Made by a program: the position numbers and the translations under genes. Of a stretch of 47,783 nucleotides of DNA, positions 1 to 12,289 are shown piece by piece. The notes beneath the pieces were generated by a model. That model saw nothing but the letters and a program-made list of their open reading frames with translations. It had not been told where the DNA came from and searched no databases. The stretch's first letter is position 1; every line of letters begins with the position of its first letter. This stretch comes from Octopus bimaculoides (Eukaryota), in contig NC_068983.1 in the NCBI RefSeq assembly GCF_001194135.2, forward strand, positions 2,895,734-2,943,516, in the 5' to 3' direction.

Positions 1-49
1 ATATATGTGTATATATACTGTGAAAATTAAGTAGCAGCCATTTTAGTAG

Positions 50-101
50 GTGTTACTCTGATTTTTCTTTTCAGTTTAGCAATGAAGCCTTCGTCAGACA
101 C
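50..101 (-). ncRNA. Degenerate type I hammerhead motif (G12 missing)
   Basis: Minus strand reads GTGT-CTGACGA-AGGC-TTCATT-GCT-AAAC-TGAAAAGAAAAATCAGA-GTA-ACAC. CUGACGA is intact, stem I is GTGT/ACAC and the site is GUA, but GAAA is reduced to AAA. Confidence 0.4.
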
Positions 102-927
102 AACCCACGCAGCATATTCAGTTTCGCATAAGAGTTTATATTACCCTATCATGCACACACACACACACACACGTCTGTGTATATAAACCAGATGTAGAAC
201 AATGATATAATTATGGACAACATATTTCCTATTTAAAATAGTTTCCGCTATTATTTCCAGGAAGAAATAATAAGAAACAATAAATAAGAATTTTAAAATA
301 TCAATAAATAAATAAATAAATAAATATTCTACATTAACAACAACAAAAACAACAAGTTTGTTGTTAAATTAATGGAACAAATCTTGATTCCTATTTTGGG
401 CTGTCACATCTTTAATCTGACTTATTCCATTCTTCCATCGAGATTTTCTTTTCTTCTACTTTTCGAAACATTTTGATTTTTTTTTTTAATTTCTATTTTA
501 GGATCTTTCTAGTTCTAAATGTGTTTCGCATAAAGTTTGGGGTGTTGCCAATTTTTGTAGGAAGCTTCTGTCCCAGTTAATTCCATTCCCAGTAGACAAC
601 ATCGAGAGTCCGTCCTTGTATCTTCGTCACAACTTGTTTGGTCTAATGACGTTTATATATAGACCATGAGACTGCTAGACCTAGCTCACCTAGTTTTATG
701 TAGTAAAGTTCATTTTCTGGACTTTTAAGCGCGTAAGAAGTTCATTTACGCGCTGTTCCGCTAAAATTCTGCTTTTCCATCATTCAATTTGGTAGAGCAC
801 TTTTGATCGACTCAAACAATAATCGAATACGTCTAAACAACACTCACTAAACCCTCGTTATTATGATACTCGAAACCTTTTAAATATATGGAAGAGTGTA
901 TTTAACATTGAGTATTACAATAGAGAA

Positions 928-969
928 GAAAAGACTAACGTTTCGGAGGAAAGGCCTCCTTCAATCTCA
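928..969 (-). ncRNA. Degenerate hammerhead-like motif
   Basis: Minus strand reads GAGA-TTGAAGG-AGGCCTTTCCTCC-GAAAC-GTTA-GTC-TTTT. The GAAAC-N4-GTC half is intact; the CUGANGA half carries two changes. Confidence 0.3.
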
Positions 970-2165
970 TACTGGAAAGTGTAAGTTGGTATCTTTCCCT
1001 TTTCTTAAGCTACATTAAACTTCAATTTGTTTTTGATATTCTTCGCGTCACCGTTTTTCATTATATATATATATATATATATATATATGCATATATCCAT
1101 GTTTATATACACAAACACACATACACACACACAAACACACACACATATGGATGGATGGATGGATTGATTGACATGTTTATGCGTGTATAATTTCTTATAA
1201 ACGTCTGTATGTTTAATCTTTTATAGAAACTGGGGCCTGGTATTCGGCCTCGGGAGACAATCATCCTTTCTCACATCCCTATCAGTGGTAATTAACGCTA
1301 TCCTTAGACCTATATCTAAATCAAAAATAAACCTCTCACCCAATAAATACCATCAAATATATATTCACATAACCAGTGTTTAAACACCTCTTCACAGACT
1401 TGTTCATTGGCTTGACAGAGAGGATATATCCGAACCAAACATGACAAACTACTGTTAGAATCAATGGCAAGCATTTATTGTTAGTTCCAGTGTCAAAAAC
1501 TGGATCTCATTATCAAGAAGTGCCTACATTTAACTTACACGTTATTACCGCCATATTAACAATTGCTTCATTGTCGCCCCAGTCTTGGCGACAAATCTTA
1601 TGTTTGAAGGTAGCAATCATTGCTTAGCTAATTTGTCACTTTAACGGTTGTCTAATATACACATCGACAAAAATATATAGATATTCATTATGTATGTATG
1701 AGTGTGTGTATGTATGTATGTATGTATGTATGTATATAGGTAGGTAGGTAGGTAGATTGGCAGGAAAGAAGGTATATACGTGTATNNNNNNNNNNNNNNN
1801 NNNNNNNNNNNNNNNNNNNNNNNNNNNNNNNNNNNNNNNNNNNNNNNNNNNNNNNNNNNNNNNNNNNNNNNNNNNNNNNNNNNNNNNNNNNNNNNNNNNN
1901 NNNNNNNNNNNNNNNNNNNNNNNNNNNNNNNNNNNNNNNNNNNNNNNNNNNNNNNNNNNNNNNNNNNNNNNNNNNNNNNNNNNNNNNNNNNNNNNNNNNN
2001 NNNNNNNNNNNNNNNNNNNNNNNNNNNNNNNNNNNNNNNNNNNNNNNNNNNNNNNNNNNNNNNNNNNNNNNNNNNNNNNNNNNNNNNNNNNNNNNNNNNN
2101 NNNNNNNNNNNNNNNNNNNNNNNNNNNNNNNNNNNNNNNNNNNNNNNNNNNNNNNNNNNNNNNNN

Positions 2166-2203
<38 letters not shown>

Positions 2204-2806
2204 TATGTATATATATATACAGAAGTGTGTGAGTCTATACATATATTTAAATGTATAATATATACATGCATAATATATGCATACATTCATACATACATAT
2301 GTGTGTGCATGTGCATGGGTGTGTGTGTGTGTGCATGCATGCTTGTGTGTATGTTTAAACTTATGGTGTTCTCACTGACCTCTGTGCCCAAACACACACG
2401 CACCCCCCCTCCACCACACATATATATATATGCATGTATGTATGTATGTATGTATGTATGTATGGACATAGTTATATGTTTACAAATTTATGGGGTCACA
2501 ATTCCCTCCTTAACAATGAACCAAGCCTATTTCCAGTCGTCCCTTACTTTTCTTTATATTTCCTTATGTAAAACAAACAACAGGAGAAAATTATAACTAT
2601 GTCATAACATAAAAACATAATTAACAGCGAAGGAACAATATAACATTGTGCTCCCTTCCCTTGTCTGTTGGTCACATCACACNNNNNNNNNNNNNNNNNN
2701 NNNNNNNNNNNNNNNNNNNNNNNNATATATATTAATAAATGATAGGGTAGCAAAAAAATTGTAAATAGTGGTGTTGTGTTAAGCATTCTGGCTTTTTTTC
2801 ATTTTC

Positions 2807-2848
<42 letters not shown>

Positions 2849-2903
2849 GTATATACATACATATGTATATATACATATACTTATATATATATATACATAC
2901 ATA

Positions 2904-2939
<36 letters not shown>

Positions 2940-2943
2940 TGTA

Positions 2944-3003
2944 TAGGCTGTGCTCCAACATGGCCGCCTTCAAATTAATGAAACAAGTAGAAAAATAAAA
3001 GAA
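2944..3003 (+). mobile_element. SINE family B 3' tail fragment
   Basis: GCTGTGCTCCAACATGGCCGC...TGAAACAAGTAGAAAAATAAAAGAAT. Confidence 0.65.
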
Positions 3004-3105
3004 TATATATATACATATATACATAAATACATATACATACATATATACATATACATGTATACATACATATACATACATATATATACATATATACATACAT
3101 ATATG

Positions 3106-3178
<73 letters not shown>

Positions 3179-3940
3179 CTGTGCTGCATCTCATATATAT
3201 ATATAAACATACACACACACACACACATATATTTGCCCACATAAACATGACCAGTGAAGAGAACGTGAACCAACAGGAACAACGCCATCGTTTCCCATCC
3301 GGTATTTCTATACAGCTCAGTAATCCTCCAAGATTATTGCATTGCTCACATGTAGCTTTGGAGGCTATCATGCATGGACACGCAAGCCACTGAATTCCCC
3401 GCTCAGTGTTGTTTAATGTTGGATTTAATACATTGTTGAGGGATACTTCAGCTGCTATTTCTGAACCTCTTGAGAAGATACCTCATTAGTAGGGACCTGT
3501 GAATGCAACATAATGAGGAAGTTTTGTTGATAAAATAAAGGGATTTCGTCATTTCTCTTATTGTGTTCCTTATGAAATTCTGAGATGTCACTGTCTTCAC
3601 TTCCGGTCACTTTACTTTCTTTTTAAACCCCTAACCTTTTATGGTAACCATCCGTCTTTCGCATTCTCAGCCTTGTTTTTCTTCCCCTGATACCTCCCTC
3701 GGCCCTATCTCAGTATAAGACAAAATTCCGATGCCATTTAATGCCTAGTTTTAGAATATCTACGATTGCTTCCATTCTTTGCCATTTCTAACAATAAATT
3801 CTATCTGCTCAGCCAAGCATCCCGTTTGTTTGACAAGTTTGTATGAAGGGAAATATGGCCGTCTGTTACGATAGCTGAGAGGTAACTTCTGTGTGTGCGC
3901 GTGAGTGTGTGTGTACGTGTGTGTTGTGTGTGTGTGAAAG

Positions 3941-4355
3941 TATTCTTTTATTCTTTTATTCTTTTACTTGTTTCAGTCATTTGACGGCAGCCATGCTGGA
4001 GCACGACCGTAATGGGTTTTAGTCGAAAAAATCGAACCCTGGACTTATTCTTTGTAAACCTAGTGCTTATTCCGTCGACCTCTTTTGTCGAACCGCTGAT
4101 GTACGGGAACATAAACACACCAGCATCGGTTGTGAAGCGATGGTGGAGGTACAAATAGACACATACACACACACACACATATGAATATATACGACAGGCT
4201 TCTTTCAGTTTCCGTCAACCAAATCCACTCATAAGGCTTTGGTCGGCTCGAGGTTATAGTAGAAAACACTTGCCCAAGGTGCTACGCATTGGGACTGAAC
4301 TCGGGACCATGTGCTTCAGCAGCAAGAATCTTACCACACAGCCACGGATGCGCCT
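3941..4355 (-). mobile_element. Full-length SINE family B (tRNA head, CORE-like domain, internal CA/TA microsatellite, 3' body, (AAAAGAAT)n tail)
   Basis: On the element strand the head AGGCGCATCCGTGGCTGTGTGGTAAG...GAGTTCAGTCCC is followed by CCTTGGGCAAGTGTTTTCTACTAT (CORE-like), the microsatellite, and GCTCCAGCATGGC...GACTGAAACAAGTAAAAGAATAAAAG. Confidence 0.85.
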
Positions 4356-4365
4356 GTGTGTGTGT

Positions 4366-4366
4366 G

Positions 4367-4420
<54 letters not shown>

Positions 4421-4459
4421 CATATGTGTGTATAAATATATATATAGAGAGAGAGAGAA

Positions 4460-4490
<31 letters not shown>

Positions 4491-4890
4491 AAGAGATAGA
4501 GAGAGAGAAAGAAAGAGAGAGAGAGAGAAAGAGAGAGATAAAGAGAGAGAGAGAGAAAGAGAGAGAGAGAAAGAGAGAGAGAGAAAGAGAGTGATACGTA
4601 CATTCATACATACATGTATGTATGTACGTATGTATGTATATATGGATGGATGGTTGAATGTATGGATGTATGTATAGATGGATGGATGGTGCACACATGC
4701 ATGTACGCGTGCGTGCATAGCTGCATGTATATTTATCTTTCTCTTTCTTTCTCTCTCTCTTTCGCTCTCTCTTCCCCTCTCTCTTTCACTCTCTCTCTTC
4801 CTCGCTCTTCCTCTCTATTCCTCTCTCTTCCTCTCTCTCCCTCTCTCTCCCCCTCTCTCTCTTTCACTCTCTTCTCTCTCTCTCTCATTC
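4366..4890. repeat. Compound (TA)/(TG)/(GA)/(TACA)/(CT) microsatellite cluster
   Basis: Purine tract at about 4447-4590 and pyrimidine tract at about 4735-4890. Confidence 0.9.
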
Positions 4891-5259
4891 TTTGAACAAT
4901 ACTTTTTCCAGTTAGCTGAAAGGCCACCGACGGACGTGTATCAGGTGGACGAGGCGACAGTACACTAGGTCAAGGGGTTAGGTTACCACATAGCTTAGTC
5001 TTTCAATTACATTGTGTCATCACACGTTTTCAGGTGGACGGGGTGTGGGTGTGTGGCCGTAAGATCGTCTGTGAGTATATGCAAATACTCACACACACAG
5101 GTATGCGTGTGTGTGTGTGTGTGTGTGTGTGTAATTTTTGCAACTGTATATGTTTCTGCGTACATGTGAATAAAACGCCGGGTGTTTTATACATTTGCAT
5201 GAAACACGCAGCGTATGGTTAAATGGAAACAGTAGACAAGTGTAGTTATGTGCAGACAG

Positions 5260-5291
<32 letters not shown>

Positions 5292-5429
5292 CCGAGGTTA
5301 AAATCGAAGTTGTAGGTGGTGGTGGTGGTGATAGTATTAATCGCAGTGGTGTTGGAGATGGCGAGAGGAAACACCACGACCGAACATGTTTGTAAGAAAA
5401 TCCGGGGTATAGGATGAAGATATAGAAAA

Positions 5430-5900
5430 TCAGAACGACATCAATATGACATCTGTGTTTGGTCTGTATCCGTTTCTGTAATGCAAATACTTTACGCAAG
5501 AAAATACGGAGAAAGAAGGGTGCAATGAGTGCGTTGTGTCTCGTGTTGAAGATGTAATTGTAGATATTGTCCGTGGTGTGAGGTTTAACTCATGTATGTT
5601 CTTGGTTTGTTTGAGCAAGGAAGAAGGACAGAACATTTGGTCATTGTAGACTCTCTGTGACATGTGAGACAGGATGAGATGAAGGTATCGCTTGAAACTC
5701 TGTACTTTGTTGTTAGCAGGGAATGCGTGGGTAGATAGGGACTTCCAGGAAATTGTCAACCGTGAGAAGGAAAGATTTGGTAAAAGGTATCAAAATAATT
5801 TTTGAGTAAGACACAATAAAAGTGTTGAGCGGGGGTGGTTTAGATGATGTATCGTATGGGCAGGATGGGTGTGAATCAGAGCAGAGAAAGGGGACAGGTT
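5430..5900 (-). mobile_element. Decayed Penelope-like RT fragment
   Basis: CLTQNYF..GSP..QSFKRYL...SSLLKQTKNIHELNLTPRTISTITS resembles the PLE motifs MGSP, WKRYVDD and HP.HTKN.IP..LARRICTIVS. Confidence 0.4.
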
Positions 5901-6918
5901 GGGTGTAAAGTCTGTAATGGCGTCCTGTATTAAATGTTCAAAGAAATATATATGAAACAAAAATCTACTGAATTTCGCGGTGCTCAGAGTCGGAAAATAT
6001 CATGAAGAGAAATTCAAATATTGGAAAACGTTTGAATGTTGTAAGGAGACGAGAGTAGCAATCTTGTTTCTTATAAAAGCAATAATCGGTAATGTGGTGC
6101 ATTTTGTACATTGTAAATGTCGTCCGAGTATTCAAACTCCTGTGTTGTAATCATGTCACTNNNNNNNNNNNNNNNNNNNNNNNNNNNNNNNNNNNNNNNN
6201 NNNNNNNNNNNNNNNNNNNNNNNNNNNNNNNNNNNNNNNNNNNNNNNNNNNNNNNNNNNNNNNNNNNNNNNNNNNNNNNNNNNNNNNNNNNNNNNNNNNN
6301 NNNNNNNNNNNNNNNNNNNNNNNNNNNNNNNNNNNNNNNNNNNNNNNNNNNNNNNNNNNNNNNNNNNNNNNNNNNNNNNNNNNNNNNNNNNNNNNNNNNN
6401 NNNNNNNNNNNNNNNNNNNNNNNNNNNNNNNNNNNNNNNNNNNNNNNNNNNNNNNNNNNNNNNNNNNNNNNNNNNNNNNNNNNNNNNNNNNNNNNNNNNN
6501 NNNNNNNNNNNNNNNNNNNNNNNNNNNNNNNNNNNNNNNNNNNNNNNNNNNNNNNNNNNNNNNNNNNNNNNNNNNNNNNNNNNNNNNNNNNNNNNNNNNN
6601 NNNNNNNNNNNNNNNNNNNNNNNNNNNNNNNNNNNNNNNNNNNNNNNNNNNNNNNNNNNNNNNNNNNNNNNNNNNNNNNNNNNNNNNNNNNNNNNNNNNN
6701 NNNNNNNNNNNNNNNNNNNNNNNNNNNNNNNNNNNNNNNNNNNNNNNNNNNNNNNNNNNNNNNNNNNNNNNNNNNNNNNNNNNNNNNNNNNNNNNNNNNN
6801 NNNNNNNNNNNNNNNNNNNNNNNNNNNNNNNNNNNNNNNNNNNNNNNNNNNNNNNNNNNNNNNNNNNNNNNNNNNNNNNNNNNNNNNNNNNNNNNNNNNN
6901 NNNNNNNNNNNNNNNNNN

Positions 6919-6957
<39 letters not shown>

Positions 6958-7105
6958 AAGTTAGAGGTGTTAAGCTCTCTGAGGGATAGAAGTATCCAGA
7001 GGCACTCCTGGTGATTACCTCCGTTAGTATGGTCCTTGGTATAAGGTATGTGGCAGCAGGTAATTTAAAAGGGTAAACTGTGGTTTACTGTATATATAGT
7101 CGATC

Positions 7106-7536
7106 AGAAAATGGAGGAAAAACAACAAATAGCAGTGTATCTTTGATGCTAAAAAGCCATTATTTAATTAGTTAAGCAAGGTGAAGATAAGAGTGAGTTT
7201 ACAAGCAGACACGTGGAAGTCATGCTAATAACTAACTACGAGGCTTCAGATTCAACCAACCTCTATTCTTCAACGACCTCACAATGCATTTAATGAACTT
7301 TGAACCCAACTAAAATCTAAAACTTTCTTTGCCGATTTCTCCCTCTTATCTTCGCTCTTTTCTCGTCTTTGTCTATCTCTGCTGTCTTCATTCTGATGAC
7401 GTCAACTATTTGCAACGAGGTAAATACATATTTACCTCAATATGGTACACAGTAACAGCTGAAACTCACCTTGCTTAACTAATTAAATAATGGCACCAAA
7501 GATACTCTTCTATTTGTTGTTTTCCCTCCATTTTCT
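7106..7536. repeat. About 75-bp inverted repeat pair (7106-7184 and 7466-7536)
   Basis: AGAAAATGGAGGAAAAACAACAAATAG...CCATTATTTAATTAGTTAAGCAAGGTGA is matched by its reverse complement, which runs into a gap. Confidence 0.8.
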
Positions 7537-8069
7537 NNNNNNNNNNNNNNNNNNNNNNNNNNNNNNNNNNNNNNNNNNNNNNNNNNNNNNNNNNNNNNNN
7601 NNNNNNNNNNNNNNNNNNNNNNNNNNNNNNNNNNNNNNNNNNNNNNNNNNNNNNNNNNNNNNNNNNNNNNNNNNNNNNNNNNNNNNNNNNNNNNNNNNNN
7701 NNNNNNNNNNNNNNNNNNNNNNNNNNNNNNNNNNNNNNNNNNNNNNNNNNNNNNNNNNNNNNNNNNNNNNNNNNNNNNNNNNNNNNNNNNNNNNNNNNNN
7801 NNNNNNNNNNNNNNNNNNNNNNNNNNNNNNNNNNNNNNNNNNNNNNNNNNNNNNNNNNNNNNNNNNNNNNNNNNNNNNNNNNNNNNNNNNNNNNNNNNNN
7901 NNNNNNNNNNNNNNNNNNNNNNNNNNNNNNNAATGCATTTAATGAACTTTGAACCCAACTAAAATCTAAAACTTTCTTTGCCGTTTTGTTCAACTTGTTC
8001 TTCACACAGCAAAAGACCTAGGCCTGGGCACATACATCAATTATCTCTCAGACTGCTCTGTTTTTGATC

Positions 8070-8320
8070 GCCGTCGACCCCTCTGCTCGCAAACAGGGAA
8101 GGCCTAAACTGAGGTGCAAAAACACTCTGAAAAACAATCTGAAATGGATCAGCATTAGTCCACGCCAATTCGGAGCCTCTGCCACCGAGCGATCAGCGTT
8201 GAGGTCTCTCACCTCACGTACAGCAACTGCCTCCGAAGAGGACCGGCGACAGCGTCTCCATGCTGCAAGAGAAAGACGCCACAAGGCAGCATCCGCCTCA
8301 GTTCAGTCAACAGACTATCA
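8070..8320 (+). mobile_element. RTE-clade LINE fragment (ORF C-terminal region)
   Basis: RKQGRPKLRCKNTLKNNLKW...ERSALRSLT...EEDRRQRLHAARERRHKAAS is typical of the RTE R..GRP.LR.KD..K..L C-terminus. It is truncated before the terminal zinc finger. Confidence 0.8.
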
Positions 8321-9818
8321 CTGAGGCATCTTTGGGCTGTTATATCTAGCAGGTCGAGCATCGTATGCAGATAATTGCACGTCAACTATAATGTGTTGTT
8401 GCTGTCGTTATTGTTATGCTTCTTAATGTTGTTGTTTTCGTACATCTCCAGCCGTGGCATTTCTATTTATATATTACTCAGACACTCCATCTAAAGCTTC
8501 ATCATCCAGTCTGAAAGCGGTTTGTTCTTTCTATTTCTCAGCTGATGGTGCAAGATATGAGGTAGGTTTGACTGCTGTTTCTAGCAGACTGTTAACCTCG
8601 ATGTGAAAAGGCAATACTAAGCTGGGCAGCAGAATTGTCTGATGTGCGGTATTCTGTGGTCAAATTTGGCAAACGCTGTTTAATAAAAGACTGAAGTGAC
8701 GAGGGTGTTGAAGATGAGGGGAGGGGAGGGGGAGTTAGGTTCTGCACCAGTGACTATCTATGTTAACAGGTAACAACTGATGGCTTTACCTGATTCTTAT
8801 GTGCGTAACATGAAACGCACCGATCGATTCTCGTATTAATATCCATGCAACACTTAACACACATGCATACATACATATATATATACAAACATATACATAT
8901 ACATAAACACACATACACACGCACGCACACTCACACACACACACGCTAATACACACACACATACACACTAATACACACACACACACGCATATATATATGT
9001 ATGTATATATAAACACACACGCGCGTATATCAGTATATGTACATGCAAACATACACACACGTGCATACATACATACATACATACATACATACATACATAC
9101 ATAAATACATGCACATACCTACATACAAACATACATACATGGATTCATACACGCACATACATACACACACACACATACAATCACATATATGTGTGTCTGT
9201 GTTGTCTTTACGTATATATAAATTTGGATGGGGGTAGATAGGTACATAGGTTTGTGTGTGGATGGGTAGGTGTGTGTTCATGCTTGCATATATATATATA
9301 TATATACGTATATATACATGCATGTATGTGTGTGTGTGTGTGTGTGTGTGNNNNNNNNNNNNNNNNNNNNNNNNNNNNNNNNNNNNNNNNNNNNNNNNNN
9401 NNNNNNNNNNNNNNNNNNNNNNNNNNNNNNNNNNNNNNNNNNNNNNNNNNNNNNNNNNNNNNNNNNNNNNNNNNNNNNNNNNNNNNNNNNNNNNNNNNNN
9501 NNNNNNNNNNNNNNNNNNNNNNNNNNNNNNNNNNNNNNNNNNNNNNNNNNNNNNNNNNNNNNNNNNNNNNNNNNNNNNNNNNNNNNNNNNNNNNNNNNNN
9601 NNNNNNNNNNNNNNNNNNNNNNNNNNNNNNTGAGTGTGTGTGTGTGTGTTTGTTTGTGTATGTGTGAGTGTTTGTGTGTGTGTGTGTGTGTGTGTGCATG
9701 TGTGTGTATTTGTGTGCGTGTGTGTATGTGTGTGTGTGTGAGCGTTTGTGTGTGTGTGTGTATTTATGTGTGTATTTTGAGTGTGTTTGTGTTCGTGAGT
9801 GTTCGTGAGTGTTTGCGC

Positions 9819-9849
<31 letters not shown>

Positions 9850-9929
9850 TGTGATTGTCTGATGGTGTCCCTCCGTCTCATTTCGGAACCACCTCTATAT
9901 ATATTTTGTTGCTTGTCACACAATTACCG

Positions 9930-10228
9930 CAACATCAACACCATCACCACCACCACCACCACCACCACAACCAATACCGTTACCACCACCAACAGCTATC
10001 GCCAGGACTACCATTACCAATACCGCTCTCCCTCTTCCACCGCCTCCACCATAACCCCGCCACCACCACCACCACCACCACCCCATTGCTTATCATTTCC
10101 ACAAACACCACCACAACCACCATCACCATCAATATTTGCCCCTACNNNNNNNNNNCTTATCATTTCTACAAACACCACCACAACCACCATCACCATCAAT
10201 ATTTGCCCCTACACACACCATCACCATC

Positions 10229-10278
<50 letters not shown>

Positions 10279-10344
10279 TATCATCATACGTTAAATAATC
10301 AGAAACTACTACTATTATTGTTGCTACTACTACTGCAGCTGCTG

Positions 10345-10391
<47 letters not shown>

Positions 10392-10400
10392 GCTACTATG
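9930..10400 (+). repeat. Compound trinucleotide array (ACC)n/(CAT)n/(TAC)n
   Basis: Successive imperfect triplet tracts that give poly-T/H/L pseudo-ORFs. Confidence 0.9.
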
Positions 10401-10781
10401 ATTTCGATCGTTAGATGGAAACATGTTACTGGTGATTCTTGTGTTCTTCAGATTAATTTAGCCACGATGGCTGAGACCAGGTAGGAGCAACACCTGTTAA
10501 TGTCATCAGGAAAGGCATGATTGTCACACTCTCACAACATGGTGTGCAAAGATTAGATAAAATAATGAAGAGATAAGTTTAATCAAATATCGTTGCTTAA
10601 CCCAGAGTCATTCTTGAGTCACCAAGAACACAAGTTTCTTTCTTCAGCCTAAGTCTAACGTAGAATGCATTAACCAGTGTGACATTCCATTTTAGTTGCA
10701 GAAGGTTGTGATTTGAAACAGATTTGACAGCTATTTTTGGCAAATCAACCGTATATAGGTTCCTAACGTAGCATATTTAGT

Positions 10782-11003
10782 TATTTGACTGCGGTCATGC
10801 TGGAGCACAGCCTTCAACAGTTTTAGTCAATTATTATCATCCCAAATATTTATTTCAGTCTGGTACTTATTTTGTCGAACTCTGTTTATCGAGTGGCTAA
10901 GTCACGTTTTGACATAAGGAGACACAGCTCAACACACCGGTTCACGCCACGCCGATAAACATAGACAGAAACAAGCAGAAATGCAGTTACACACACAAAC
11001 ACA

Positions 11004-11085
<82 letters not shown>

Positions 11086-11215
11086 TGTATCATATACACA
11101 TCATTCGTTTGTCTTATCTCGGAACTACCTAATTCCACTCAACAAACCAACACTAAGCCACAGAAATCAATCATACCAGGCACAGGGAACGAACCTGAAA
11201 CCGTGTTGATGACTA
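10782..11215 (-). mobile_element. Diverged SINE family B with expanded internal (CA)n
   Basis: TTTGACTGCGGTCATGCTGGAGCAC...TGGTACTTATT, then (CA)n at about 11005-11081, then a degenerate head. Confidence 0.55.
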
Positions 11216-11327
11216 CCTACCTGCTGCTCTGCAATTCTACCTGGCACCAAGTTATGGAATCACTGAAAAGAATTTAAAACAAAGATCGTACAAAATTGAC
11301 AGTTCATATTTTGTTGTTGCTGTTGTC

Positions 11328-11740
11328 TTTTAGCCCCAGGTCTGGTTGTGTGAACCTATGATCAAAAGCGAACCTGCCATGACAATGCCATCTCTTTTGT
11401 TTTAGCTGTCTTGCAGAAACAGGGAGGGGGAATTATGATTGTATCATCCAATAGACTTAGAGGTTGATAATTCTAAGGTAATTTCGTTGTTATTTCTAGC
11501 AGATGTAGCGACCACTTAGGGTCTGCTTCATATCATTGAACATAACTAATGGGGTTGTTATAAAGTTCCAGTTGAAATCTAATCGAGCTGATCTATGATG
11601 AAAGATTCCTAGCGTGACCATCTGTTTTATTAGCTGTATGCAAGGGAATCCAGGACCACATAGCTCAACGTGACCGTTTCTAAGATGTGATTCAAGGAAA
11701 CTTTAGCTGTTGCTTTTAGTAGGTTGAGTAACCACATATC
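11328..11740 (+). repeat. Two tandem diverged copies of an interspersed repeat (family D: CTATGATCAAA...GCTATTTCTAGCAG.TCGAGCGACC)
   Basis: Related segments occur at about 8330-8370, 8560-8600, 10720, 18965-19100 (-), 22075-22140 (-), 43880-43990 and 44090-44225. Confidence 0.5.
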
Positions 11741-11783
11741 GATTAGTATACTGACTCAGAATTTGCAGAGGAATCTGTAGTGG

Positions 11784-11872
11784 GAGAGTTTAGCTCAATC
11801 GGTCAGAGCACCGCGACGCGTAATGACGGAGGTGTGAGTTCGAGTCTCATAGCTAACCACCTACACTTTTTT
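11784..11872 (+). tRNA. tRNA-like unit (pseudo-tRNA or orphan SINE head; possibly Thr-CGT-like) with oligo-T terminator
   Basis: A-box/D-arm TAGCTC-AATCGGTCA-GAGC and T-arm GTGAG-TTCGAGT-CTCAT (B box) are present. The acceptor stem pairs at 5 of 7 positions. The anticodon arm is 19 nt instead of 17 (CCGCGACGCGTAATGACGG). TTTTTT lies at 11867-11872. Confidence 0.45.
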
Positions 11873-12289
11873 CTGCAAAATAGGGGTAGTTTATCCTGTT
11901 CAGGTTATATTATTAGCATTATCCTGCAATTGAGAAATTAAATATCACGTCTTTAACTTTCTAAGACATCTCAACGCTTCTAAAAGCAAACCCCGTTTGT
12001 TTGTTTACGTTTATCGTAATNNNNNNNNNNNNNNNNNNNNNNNNNNNNNNNNNNNNNNNNNNNNNNNNNNNNNNNNNNNNNNNNNNNNNNNNNNNNNNNN
12101 NNNNNNNNNNNNNNNNNNNNNNNNNNNNNNNNNNNNNNNNNNNNNNNNNNNNNNNNNNNNNNNNNNNNNNNNNNNNNNNNNNNNNNNNNNNNNNNNNNNN
12201 NNNNNNNNNNNNNNNNNNNNNNNNNNNNNNNNNNNNNNNNNNNNNNNNNNNNNNNNNNNNNNNNNNNNNNNNNNNNNNGTGTGTGTGTG

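Noticed and set aside
3255-3371. Cys-rich frame CEQC...[15 protein letters not shown] resembling a PHD finger end
   Set aside because: It lacks the His ligand and correct Cys spacing, has no convincing splice sites, and runs into microsatellite.
7393-7470. CTGATGA...GAAAC as a hammerhead
   Set aside because: The halves are about 60 nt apart with no closing stem II and no stem III or UH site.
9803-9833. (CG)n run as a CpG island or Z-DNA regulatory element
   Set aside because: It is a short CG tract embedded in (TG)n, a common by-product of dinucleotide array mutation.
10088-10210. About 55-bp direct duplication around an 11-N gap
   Set aside because: Most likely overlapping contig ends or two haplotypes, i.e. 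an assembly artefact.
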